Assembly (NCBI GenBank): GCA_963813155.1 | Contig: CAWEYG010000002.1 | Coordinates: forward strand, 256,001 to 320,000 | Source of the DNA: an uncultured Acidobacteriota bacterium | Lineage (GTDB): Bacteria; Acidobacteriota; Thermoanaerobaculia; UBA5066; DATFVB01 | Length of the DNA stretch: 64,000 nt | Reading direction: 5' to 3' | In this document: positions 55,268-64,000 of the stretch, piece by piece | How positions within the stretch are numbered: the first letter of the stretch is position 1 | How the letters are laid out: each line of letters begins with the position of its first letter | Program-made: the position numbers and the translations under genes | Notes under the pieces: model-generated | What the model was told of the DNA's origin: nothing | Database searches by the model: none | Seen by the model: the letters and a program-made list of their open reading frames with translations, nothing else

Positions 55268-55531
55268 GTGAAGATCGCATACAAGGCTTCGGTCGAGAGC
55301 GATCTCAAGGGCCTGGACAAGCAGTCCGCTCTCCGAATTCTCGGGCAACTCGAGAAAAAGCTCACAACCGGACATCGTTCCCGAATGGCGATGAGAGGCG
55401 AGTTCGCCGGGCTCTATCGCCTCCGTTTCGGAAAGTACCGAGTGATCTATATTCCCGCGGGAGACGGGTTTCTCATCCTCCGCGTCGGGCATCGCAAAGA
55501 CGTATATCGGAAAGGGCCGCCGGCTCGTTGA
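55268..55531 (+). CDS. RelE/ParE family toxin
   Basis: DLKGLD, LYRLRFGKYRVIY, VGHRKDVY. Confidence 0.88.
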   Translation: MKIAYKASVESDLKGLDKQSALRILGQLEKKLTTGHRSRMAMRGEFAGLYRLRFGKYRVIYIPAGDGFLILRVGHRKDVYRKGPPAR

Positions 55532-55537
55532 CGGATC

Positions 55538-56566
55538 CTACGGAACCGCCGGCTTTCTTCCCGTCAGGTAGAAGTCGAGCGTCAGCTTGAGCGCGGTGTC
55601 GAAGTCGATCTTCGGCTCCCAGCCGAGAATCTCCTTCGCGCGGCGAATCGAGGGGACGCGCGTCGCGATGTCCTGGTAGCCGGGACCGTAGTAGTCGGCC
55701 GCGCTCACCTCGATGATCTCCGCCTTTTTCCCGATCTCTTCGTAGCCCGGATACGTCGTCACGGCCGCCTTCAGCTTTTCGGCGAGCTCGCGGATGGAGA
55801 TGTCGCTCGCGGGGTTGCCGAGGTTGAAGATCCCGCCGTTCGCCTTCTCTTCGTTTCCGATGATGCGCATCAGGCCTTCGATGCCGTCGCTGATGTAGGT
55901 GAACGATCGTCTCTGCGAGCCGCCGTCGACCAACTTGATCGGCTCGCCGTACAGGATGTTGTGGAGAAACTGCGTGAGCACGCGCGACGAACCCTCTTTC
56001 GGGGAGTCCACGTTGTCGAGGTTCGGGCCGAACCAGTTGAACGGCCGAAACAGCGTGAACCGAAGGCCGTGACCCGAGCCGTAGGCCCAGATCACCCGGT
56101 CGAGCAGCTGCTTGCTGCACGAGTAGATCCACCGCTGTTTCTGGATCGGTCCGTACACGAAATTCGAGCTCTCCTCGTCGAACTCGGCGTCGGGACACAT
56201 CCCGTAGACCTCGGAAGTCGACGGAAACACGACGCGCTTCTTGTACCGCACCGCCTGCTTGATGATCCGGAGGTTCTCTTCGAAGTCGAGCTCGAACACG
56301 GCGATCGGCTGCTTGACGTAGGTGGCCGGCGTCGCGATCGCGACGAGCGGAAGCACGACGTCGCATTTCTTGACGTGGTACTCGATCCATTCCTTGTTGA
56401 TCGCGATGTCGCCCTCGAGGAATTGAAACCGCCGGTCGGCGAGAAACGGCTCGATCTTGTCGCTCGACATGTCGAGCCCGTAGACCTGCCAGTCGGTCGT
56501 CGTCAGGATGCGTTCCGTCAACGCGTTCCCGATGAACCCGTTGACGCCCAGAATCAGGACTTTCAT
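55538..56566 (-). CDS. arnA: UDP-glucuronate oxidase/decarboxylase (ArnA C-terminal domain, stand-alone)
   Basis: LILGVNGFIG, EWIEYHVKKCDVVLPLVAIATP, STSEVYG, RWIYSCSKQLLDRVI, RPFNW.GP. Confidence 0.93.
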   Translation of the reverse strand: MKVLILGVNGFIGNALTERILTTTDWQVYGLDMSSDKIEPFLADRRFQFLEGDIAINKEWIEYHVKKCDVVLPLVAIATPATYVKQPIAVFELDFEENLRIIKQAVRYKKRVVFPSTSEVYGMCPDAEFDEESSNFVYGPIQKQRWIYSCSKQLLDRVIWAYGSGHGLRFTLFRPFNWFGPNLDNVDSPKEGSSRVLTQFLHNILYGEPIKLVDGGSQRRSFTYISDGIEGLMRIIGNEEKANGGIFNLGNPASDISIRELAEKLKAAVTTYPGYEEIGKKAEIIEVSAADYYGPGYQDIATRVPSIRRAKEILGWEPKIDFDTALKLTLDFYLTGRKPAVP

Positions 56567-56571
56567 TTCTT

Positions 56572-57514
56572 TCAGCTGCCCGCCTTCGGGTCGGGAGAAT
56601 ACACCGAATGCGCGCGGATCCACTGGGCCGCCGTCATTTCGGGACCTCCCTCCGGCTGCAGGACGATCACCTCGATGAAGCGGTCGTCTCCGCAGCAGAC
56701 GAAGAGGCGGTTCTCCTGGACGAACGGCTGGCCCGGGTACGCATCGTGCGCGGCGAGGCCCGGCAGCAGCGTTTTCCAGATCCACGTCTTCTCCGGGAGC
56801 GCGTCCGTGAACGCGCCCGGGAAAGGATGCGTCACCGCCCGGACGAGATCGTGGACGCGTTTGGCGGACTGGCTCCAGTCGATCTTTCCGTCTTCCGGAG
56901 TTCGACGTCCCCGCGAAAACGCCTGCGACGGGTCCTGCGGACGCCGCGGGGCCGTCCCGGCCTTCAGCGCGGGAAACTGGCGCGCCAGAACCTTGACCGC
57001 GGCGGCGACGACTTTTTTCTGGACTTCGATCGCCGTTTCATCGGGGCCGATCGACACGGCTTCGGACATCGACGATGTCGCCCGCGTCGGCGCTCCCGGT
57101 CATGTGGTGGAGCGTCGCGCCCGTCTCGGTCGCGCCTTCCAGGACCGCCCAGTTCACCGGCGCCCGTCCTCGATATTTCGGCAAGAGGGCACCGTGCATG
57201 TTGAACGCCCCCAGCCGCGGAAGGTGGAGAATCTCGCGGGGAAGAATCTCCCGATAGTAGAAGGAGAAGATCAGATCGGGACGCAAGGCCGCGACCTTCC
57301 GAAGCTCGCCCGGATCTTTCCAATCGACGTCCGGGAACGCGGGCACGCCGTGCTCCTGGCAGAGGCGCACGACCGAAGGAGGCCAGGCCGCGGGCGGAAC
57401 CGGATCCGAGTAGGTGTAGCAGCCCACGACGTGCTCTCCGCTGTCGAGCAGATACCGGAGGCACTCGTGCCCGACGTCGGAATACGCGAAAACGAGGATT
57501 CTCGTGTCGCTCAT
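56572..57514 (-). CDS. UDP-Ara4N formyltransferase (ArnA N-terminal domain, stand-alone; frameshift near 57065)
   Basis: VFAYSDVG, FSFYYR, NMHGALLPKYRGRAPVNWA, DAGDI, RRTPEDGKIDW, RAVTHPFPGAF. Confidence 0.88.
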
Positions 57515-58497
57515 GCGGGACCGCCCGCGGCGGCGCTCTTCCCCGGGGTCTCTTCCGGCGAGCTCAATCCCGCGCTTCCGTGGATTCGGCGAATGGAGAA
57601 ACGGGGCCGGCGTCGCACTTCCTGGTAGATCCTGCCGATGTATTCGCCGACGATTCCGAGGCCGGCGAGGACGACGCCCAGCACCGTGAAGAGGATCGCA
57701 AAGAGGGTGAAGACCCCTTCCACCTCCGCGCCGACGATCAGGCGTCGAATCCCGAGGAAAATGCCGAACCCGATGCCGCCGGCGGCAACGACGAACCCGA
57801 ACAGCGTGAAGATCTGGAGGGGCACGACCGAGAAGCCCGTCATCAGGTCGAAGTTCAGGCGGACGAGCCGGTAGAGCGAGTACTTCGAGACGCCGGCCGC
57901 GCGCTCCGCGTGCTCCACGTCGACCTCGGTCGGCCGGCGCGCAAACGACTGCGCGAGCGCGGGAATGAACGTCGCGTTCTCCTCGCAGGCGTTGATCTCT
58001 TCCACGACGTCCCGCGAGTACGCCCGCAGCATGCAGCCGTAGTCGGAAAGCTTCATTCCCGTGATCGCGCCGGTCACGCGATTGACCATCCGCGAGGCGG
58101 CCTTTCGAAAGAAGGAATCGTGACGGTCGCGGCGAACTCCGCCGACGACGTCGTGCCCCTCGTCGATCCTCGCAAGGAGCTTCGGAATCTCTTCCGGCGG
58201 GTTCTGAAGGTCGGCGTCAAGCGTCACGACGACGTCGCCCCGGGACTGCTGAAACGCGGCCAGGATCGCGGGATGCTGGCCGAAGTTCCGAGCGAGCTCG
58301 AGCACCCGAACGGTTCCCGCGTGGGCCTCCGCGAAGGCCTTCAGGATCGCGAGAGATCCGTCGCGGCTGCCGTCGTCGACGAAGAGGACTTCGTAGCGGC
58401 GGCCGGTCGAATCGAGCACGGGCAGGAGCCGCGGGAGCAGCGCCGGGAGATTCTCCTCTTCGTTGTAGACGGGAATCACGACGGAGATCGATTTCAT
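57511..58497 (-). CDS. arnC: Undecaprenyl-phosphate Ara4FN transferase
   Basis: VIPVYNEE, RNFGQH.A, LDADLQNPPEEIP, DYGCMLRAY, two C-terminal TMs, GEYIGRIY. Confidence 0.9.
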   Translation of the reverse strand: MKSISVVIPVYNEEENLPALLPRLLPVLDSTGRRYEVLFVDDGSRDGSLAILKAFAEAHAGTVRVLELARNFGQHPAILAAFQQSRGDVVVTLDADLQNPPEEIPKLLARIDEGHDVVGGVRRDRHDSFFRKAASRMVNRVTGAITGMKLSDYGCMLRAYSRDVVEEINACEENATFIPALAQSFARRPTEVDVEHAERAAGVSKYSLYRLVRLNFDLMTGFSVVPLQIFTLFGFVVAAGGIGFGIFLGIRRLIVGAEVEGVFTLFAILFTVLGVVLAGLGIVGEYIGRIYQEVRRRPRFSIRRIHGSAGLSSPEETPGKSAAAGGPA

Positions 58498-58554
58498 GGC
58501 TGCGGCGTCAATCGTAACGCAAGTGCCGGTCGGAGTAAGATTCGCGAGCCGAAA

Positions 58555-60090
58555 ATGACTCGCCGCTGGATTCTCCCCGCCGTTTTCGCGTGCCTCGGCG
58601 CCTCCGGCGCCGTCCGCGCGGCGGCGGACTCCGTCTCGGCCGCGCGATCCTACCGTGCCTCGCACGAGACGGAGATCGTCCGCGAGCTCGCGAATCTCCT
58701 CCAGATTCCCAACCGAGCGTCCGATGCCCCGAACATCGAGAAGAATGCCGCCGCCGTGTCGGCGCTCTACCGCAAACGGGGGTTTTCCGTGCGGCTGCTC
58801 GGCGTGGAAGGAGCTCCCCCGGTAGTTTTCGCTTCGAAGGATTTTCCCGGTGCGAAAAAGACGGTGACCTTCTATGCGCACTACGACGGCCAGCCGGTCG
58901 ATCCGAAGCAGTGGAGCGGCGATCCCTTCCGCGCGATCCTTCGGGACCGGCCTCTCGAAGAGGGCGGGCGCGAGATCGCGTGGCCGGGTCCGGGTTCTCC
59001 CTGGAACCCCGAGTGGAGGCTCTACGGACGCTCCGCGGGGGACGACAAGGCGCCCATCGTCGGGTTCCTCGCCGCGCTCGACGCGCTTCGGGAGGCGGGA
59101 ATTCGCCCTTCCGTCAACCTTCGATTCTTCTTCGAGGGCGAGGAGGAGGCGGGATCCCCCCACCTGCGGCGAGATCCTGTCGAAATACGCGGCCGAATTC
59201 CGGACGGACGGATGGATTCTTTGCGACGGCCCCGTCCACCAGAGCCGCCGGCCCCAGCTGTTCTTCGGCGCGCGCGGCGTGACGGGCCTGGAATTGACGG
59301 TCTACGGTCCGAACCGCGGCCTGCACAGCGGCCACTATGGCAACTGGGCGCCGAACCCGATTGTCCGGTTGACGCACCTTCTCGATGCGATGCGCGGCGA
59401 AGACGGGAGGATTCTCATCCCCGGCTTCGAGAGCGACGTTCGGCCGCTATCCGAGCGCCGAGAAGAGCGCGATTGCGGCCGTTCCGTCAGTCGAGAAGGA
59501 TCTCGAAAGGGAGTTCGGGTTTTCCGAACCGGAATCCCGAGACTCGCTCGTCGCGGTCATTCATCGACCCGCCCTGAACGTCCGCGGGATTTCGGCCGGA
59601 CAGGTCGGAGCTCAGGCCGCGAACGTCATCCTGCCGGAAGCGACGGCCTCGATCGACTTTCGCCTCGTGCCGGACGAGACGCCGGAAAGCGTCCGGGCGA
59701 GAGTCGAGGCGTTCGTCGAGAGCCTCGGATATTTCGTCGTTCGCGCGGCTCCCGACGCCGCCACCCGGGCGGCGCACGCGAAGATCGCGAAGCTCGATTG
59801 GGAAGCCGGATATCCTCCGGCGCGAACGTCGATGGACCTGCCCTTTTCCGAAAGCCGTGATCGCCGCGGCAGAGCGCGCGGCGGGACGGGAAGTCGTCAA
59901 GATGCCGTCGCTCGGCGGCAGCATCCCGATGTACCTCTTCCAGAATTTCCAGAACGGGGGGCCGACGCCGGTCGTCGGGGTGCCGGTCGCGAACCACGAT
60001 GACAACCAGCATTCGGCCAACGAGAACCTGCGAATCCGCAACCTCTGGGACGCGATCGAGCTCTACGCGGCGCTTTTTACGGGACTCTAG
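58555..60090 (+). CDS. Secreted M20/M25/M40 peptidase (frameshifts)
   Basis: Signal peptide, YAHYDGQP, YGRSAGDDK, EGEEEAGS, LHSGHYG, NQHSANENLR. Confidence 0.87.
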
Positions 60091-61373
60091 GACCTCACCC
60101 CCGGGGGGTGAGGGTTCTGCCACTTCTCCGGAATCGGATTTCCCGCGCGCTCGCTGTCCCACGCCACCGAAGCGATCCACCACCGCGTTCCGTCGAAGTA
60201 GAGATCGATGGAGTTGACGCCCCGCGCGAACACCGGGCCGTCCTTCGTCCTTCGGGACTCGTACGTCGAAAAGACGTGAGCGAGGTTGCCGAACCGTTCG
60301 ACGGACCGGTGGATCTCCGTCTCGAAGAACCCGTCCCGGACCATCGCGTCGTTGGACCGCTCAACGTACTCGGCATGGTCCATCACGAGCGCGTACGGCT
60401 TCGAGCCGGTGACTCCGGTCGCGATCTGGCGCGCGCCCGGCAGGTAGAGCGTGCGGTCGCGGTCCCACTGGCGCGGCTCACCCGCTTCGCCGGAGATGAC
60501 GTCGTAGAAGGCCGCCAGAATTCCGTCGAGAGTCTCGACGTCGCGCGGGTCCCCCGGCTCGGCGCCGGGAAGAAGCCCCCCGCGGAGTTTCTGAAGCTCC
60601 TCCTCGAGCTGTCTTTGCTTCGTGACGTCGCGGAAGCTCCAGACTCGGCCCACGATCTGGTCCCCGATTTTCTGGGGACGCGAATAGCGCTCGAAGACGC
60701 GCCCATCGACGAACGTCAACCAGTCGTAACTCTGCCCGTCGGGCTCGCCGTAGATCTGCCGGACCTTCTTCAGGAACCGATCCGGATGCTTCAATTGCGG
60801 GAGAATGTGCTCGCGCAGCCGTTCGGCGTCGAGGGACAGCACGATGTCCTGAGGGATTCCCCACATCTCGACCGTCTTGCGGTTGAAATCGACGAGATTC
60901 CCCTCCAGATCGACGATCAGGATTCCGTCCGCCGTCGCGTCGAGCGCCGCCCGAAGCCGCGACGCGGCCCGGGAGAGCTCCTTCCCGGTACGCACGAGAT
61001 CGGTGATGTCGCGAAAGCTCCACACGCGGCCGGCGCTGCGGCCGCCGAGCCTCCGCGGCTTCGACCGCCTTTCGAACCAGCGGCCGTCCTTGAACTCCAG
61101 GGTGTCGAAGCTGTCGGAATCCGGCGCCGAGTAGAGCTCCATCACCTTCGTGACGAAGCTTCCGGGGTCCTTCAACTGGTCGAGCACGAACGCGACGGCC
61201 TGGTCGTCGTTGCGGCTCTCGGCAATGGCCGGAGGGATTTTCCACATCTCGATGAACTGCTGGTTGAACGTGACGATCTTTCCGTCGCCGTCGGTCACGA
61301 GAATTCCGTCGGCCGTCGCGTCGAGCGTGGCGTTCAGCAGAGAGCTGAGCTCTTCCAGGGAATTGTCGGGCAG
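60087..61373 (-). CDS. Tandem PAS domains fused to an NTF2-like domain
   Basis: Two repeats LDATADGIL..D..G....N....MW.IP...GRVWSFRD.T, then YDVISG...WDR...RGVNSI.L...RWWI; CTG start after GGAGG. Confidence 0.75.
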   Translation of the reverse strand: MPDNSLEELSSLLNATLDATADGILVTDGDGKIVTFNQQFIEMWKIPPAIAESRNDDQAVAFVLDQLKDPGSFVTKVMELYSAPDSDSFDTLEFKDGRWFERRSKPRRLGGRSAGRVWSFRDITDLVRTGKELSRAASRLRAALDATADGILIVDLEGNLVDFNRKTVEMWGIPQDIVLSLDAERLREHILPQLKHPDRFLKKVRQIYGEPDGQSYDWLTFVDGRVFERYSRPQKIGDQIVGRVWSFRDVTKQRQLEEELQKLRGGLLPGAEPGDPRDVETLDGILAAFYDVISGEAGEPRQWDRDRTLYLPGARQIATGVTGSKPYALVMDHAEYVERSNDAMVRDGFFETEIHRSVERFGNLAHVFSTYESRRTKDGPVFARGVNSIDLYFDGTRWWIASVAWDSERAGNPIPEKWQNPHPPGVRS

Positions 61374-61410
61374 GAGAACGCCTCCAGGGGAGAATCCTAT
61401 CCCGGAGACG

Positions 61411-61436
61411 AAAAGGCCGCCCGCGAGGGCGGCCTT
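61411..61436 (-). terminator. Intrinsic terminator
   Basis: aaggccgccc-tcgc-gggcggcctttt on the minus strand. Confidence 0.65.
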
Positions 61437-61463
61437 CCAGGGAAAATCGAGTTGATCGACGCG

Positions 61464-62018
61464 TCAGACCGGAGGCGGCGGCGGAACCTCTTCCGGCGGA
61501 GTCGCCGTCGAAGTCGCCGGGGCGGGCGTCGTGGTCGGGATCGGAGCCGGAGCCACGGGAGCCGTGATCGGCACGGGCGCCAGCTGAGGAGGAGCGACCG
61601 CCGGAGCGGGCGACGAAGGCACGGGCGTCTCGGTCACGATCGTCCGGCCATGCGAGGGGGCCTTCTTCTTCACGGCCGGCCGGCGCTCGGAAACCGCGGG
61701 AGCCGTTTCGACGGCGGACTTCTCCGCTGTCGGAGCAGCGGCAGGCGCTTCGGGCGCCGACAGGACGGCTGCGGGCGCCGCGGCATTCGCCGTGGCATCT
61801 ACCGGGGGAGGAACCGACTGCGCGGCCTGCGACGTCGTTGAAGTCTCGGTCGTGACGCCGCTGGTGTTGGGCTGACTCTTCTGCATCGCGACCGCGAGCG
61901 CGACGAGGCCCGCGAAAACCAGGAGGACAATGAGAAAAATCTTGGCTCGCTTCGTCCCGGAGTGGTCCGGCTCTTCCCGGGCATCGGCGAAGAGCGAGTG
62001 ATCATAAGTCTGGTCCAT
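61464..62018 (-). CDS. Single-TM Pro/Ala/Thr-rich protein
   Basis: GGAGG SD, one TM helix, low-complexity extracytoplasmic tail. Confidence 0.6.
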   Translation of the reverse strand: MDQTYDHSLFADAREEPDHSGTKRAKIFLIVLLVFAGLVALAVAMQKSQPNTSGVTTETSTTSQAAQSVPPPVDATANAAAPAAVLSAPEAPAAAPTAEKSAVETAPAVSERRPAVKKKAPSHGRTIVTETPVPSSPAPAVAPPQLAPVPITAPVAPAPIPTTTPAPATSTATPPEEVPPPPPV

Positions 62019-62067
62019 TTCGACCTCCGCCGGGAGAAATTGCAAGAACGGGGCCAGAACCGTCGAA

Positions 62068-63513
62068 TCAGGAACTTCGCGAGGCGAACGCTTCGGTTGC
62101 CGCGGCGCGAATGTCCTCGATCGCTTCACGCATCCGGTCGAGGTGCGTGCGGAACGAGATCACGCAGATTCGGACGACGAACTTTCCGTTGACGGTCGTG
62201 CCGGTGAGGTACACGCGCTTCTTCGCGTTGACGCGGCCGAGAAAATCTCGATTGAGGAGGTTCGCCTCCTCCTCGCCGGCCCCGGGCCGGGAAATCCGGA
62301 ACGCCACGATGGAGAGCTGCGGCTCCGCGACGATCTCGACGCCCGGAATCTTCTTCAGCTCCGCGCACGCCCAGCTCGCGAGCTCGAGCTTTTCCGCGAG
62401 CGCGTGGCGAAACGCGCCGAGTCCATGCATCTTCACCGGCAGCCAGACCCGCAGTCCCCGCCAGTCCCGGGAAAGCTCCGGGGACAGCTCGCAGAAGTCG
62501 ACGAACTCTTCCTCTTTCTGCATCGCGGGCAGGTACTCCGCGCCGACCGCATGCGCGCGCTTGAGAGCGGCGCCGTCGCGAACCAGGAGCGAGCCCGTTC
62601 CGTACGGAAGGAAAAGGCCCTTGTGCGGGTCGAGCACGATGGAATCCGCGCGCCCGATCCCCCGCAACGCCCGGCGGCCCTCTTCCGCCAGGAGAAAGAA
62701 ACCGCCGTACGCGCCGTCCACGTGGAACCAGACCTTTTCGCGCCCGCACAGATCGGCCAGGGCGTCGAGATCGTCCACCGCCCCGGTGTTCGTCGTTCCC
62801 GCGCTCCCGACGACGAGAAAGGGCGAGAAACCGGACGCGCGATCGCGGGCGATCGACTTGCCCAGCTCGTCGAGCCGGATGCGGAACGAATCGTCTGACG
62901 GAATCTCGCGGACGTTGGCCTCGGGAAAACCCGCGAGGATCGCGGCCTTCCGAACCGAATGGTGGGTCTGGTCGGACGTGTAGATCGTGCCCTGAAGAAA
63001 GTTCTCCGGAAGCCGCGCGCGGCGCGCGGTCACGATCGCGGAGAAATTCGCGAGCGAGCCGCCGCTCGTCAGGATCCCGCGCGCCGACGGCGGATAGCCG
63101 ACGATCTCGCAGAACCAGGACACGACGTTCGCTTCGATTTGCGCCAGACCGGGGGCCGCGGCCCAGACGCCGACGTAGCGGTTCGTGCAGTCGGCGATCA
63201 GGTCCGCGACGGCCGACTGGAGGAGCCCTCCGCCCGGGATGTAGGCCAGGTAACCGGGGCCGGCGGTGTTGAAGCTCGTCGGGATGACCCTGTCGAACAA
63301 CAGGTCGAACAGCTCTTTCGGGGCCGTTCCGGACTCGGGCGCCGCGCGCTCCATCAGGGATCGCGCGAGCTCCGGCCCGGCCTCGGTATTCCACGAGGGC
63401 TGCTGCGGGAGGGAATCGACGTGCGTCGCGATCCGGGCGAGCGCATCCTCGACGAGCCGTCTCAGGCCGGCGGAGGAGAGCTCCAGGTCGCGGTGGGCGG
63501 CGGGCTCGCGCAT
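62068..63513 (-). CDS. Group II PLP-dependent amino acid decarboxylase
   Basis: TSGGSLAN, HHSV.KA, GTTNTGAVD, HVDGAYGG, DSIVLDPHK PLP lysine. Confidence 0.92.
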   Translation of the reverse strand: MREPAAHRDLELSSAGLRRLVEDALARIATHVDSLPQQPSWNTEAGPELARSLMERAAPESGTAPKELFDLLFDRVIPTSFNTAGPGYLAYIPGGGLLQSAVADLIADCTNRYVGVWAAAPGLAQIEANVVSWFCEIVGYPPSARGILTSGGSLANFSAIVTARRARLPENFLQGTIYTSDQTHHSVRKAAILAGFPEANVREIPSDDSFRIRLDELGKSIARDRASGFSPFLVVGSAGTTNTGAVDDLDALADLCGREKVWFHVDGAYGGFFLLAEEGRRALRGIGRADSIVLDPHKGLFLPYGTGSLLVRDGAALKRAHAVGAEYLPAMQKEEEFVDFCELSPELSRDWRGLRVWLPVKMHGLGAFRHALAEKLELASWACAELKKIPGVEIVAEPQLSIVAFRISRPGAGEEEANLLNRDFLGRVNAKKRVYLTGTTVNGKFVVRICVISFRTHLDRMREAIEDIRAAATEAFASRSS

Positions 63514-63612
63514 CCGCGCGATCTTATCGCGAGCCTTCGGCCGGCCGACCGAGGCTGCTACGGGTTCACGACCCGGCTCATCGCCGCGACGCCGAGGCCG
63601 GCTTCACCAGCT

Positions 63613-63999
63613 CTACGGGAGTTGCTCTCCTTGAACGAGCGTTTGATGGCCGGCGACGTCGCAGAGAGGTTCGACGGCGATTATTGCTGCCACGACATCG
63701 AACGGCTCGTCACCAACCAGCCGGGCGGTCACGGGGCCGACAAGCCCGGCAAGCGTTGGCTCGGCGAAGACATCAGCGATTATGGCGTTCGATCTCGGGG
63801 CAACGGTGTAGCTCTTTGTGACGGTTCCGGACCCGGTCATGTCAGTGAAGGATGCCACCACGGTCAAGGTTCCGGTACTCGGATTGACGAGATAGAGGTT
63901 GTCCCGATATCGGCCAGGTGACGCTGTGAGCCAGGCAAGATCGACGGCGGTCCCGGGGGAACAGTAATCGGGTACGCCGTGGAGGAGTGCGCCGGCAAG
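63613..63999 (-). CDS. 3' part of hypothetical (probably secreted) protein, truncated by window edge
   Basis: Open frame from the edge with beta-rich RYRDNLYLVNPS...KSYTVAP segment. Confidence 0.5.
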   Translation of the reverse strand, partial: LAGALLHGVPDYCSPGTAVDLAWLTASPGRYRDNLYLVNPSTGTLTVVASFTDMTGSGTVTKSYTVAPRSNAIIADVFAEPTLAGLVGPVTARLVGDEPFDVVAAIIAVEPLCDVAGHQTLVQGEQLP

Positions 64000-64000
64000 C

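Noticed and set aside
55538-57514. Single bifunctional arnA broken by error
   Set aside because: The formyltransferase ends in a clean TGA 5 nt before the decarboxylase ATG; split ArnA is known in other bacteria
60093-60113. cctcacccccggggggtgagg as another REP copy
   Set aside because: Only one arm motif, within the 3' end of a coding region where two genes converge; more likely a simple terminator hairpin

Overview
GC-rich bacterial chromosome window, probably Acidobacteriota (Thermoanaerobaculia-like; an inference from the pilin N-termini, the kinase-TPR protein and composition). Single-base indels break many essential genes, which points to long-read assembly error rather than gene decay. 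Contents: (1) a TCA cluster icd...mdh-sdhCAB-sucCD-ndk, split between icd and mdh by a ~14 kb segment carrying a DUF559 endonuclease, a more AT-rich minor-pilin/PilY1 operon, a PilS/PilR-like pair and a four-helix-bundle gene. Both ends of this segment hold one palindromic REP-like family (CCCTCACCC...CCCTCTCCC-loop-GGGAGAGGG), and that family forms direct repeats around single small genes. (2) purEK, a thioesterase and sixA. (3) A type IV pilus locus (HEAT-repeat-PilT fusion, pilT, pilD, two pilins with sigma54-type promoters) embedded in a ~28 kb membrane glycosylation cluster: three YfhO-like and three other GT-C proteins, an archaeal AglB/STT3-type oligosaccharyltransferase with a rewritten WWDYG motif, GT2 enzymes, a sulfatase-like transferase and arnC/arnA/arnD. 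(4) An insertion inside the arn operon (Ser/Thr kinase, integron-cassette-like gene, RHH-RelE toxin-antitoxin pair), then peptidase, PAS-PAS-NTF2, Pro-rich and PLP-decarboxylase genes. Best candidates for a new system: AglB-type glycosylation of pilins, a DUF559/REP cassette system, and the HEAT-PilT motor.
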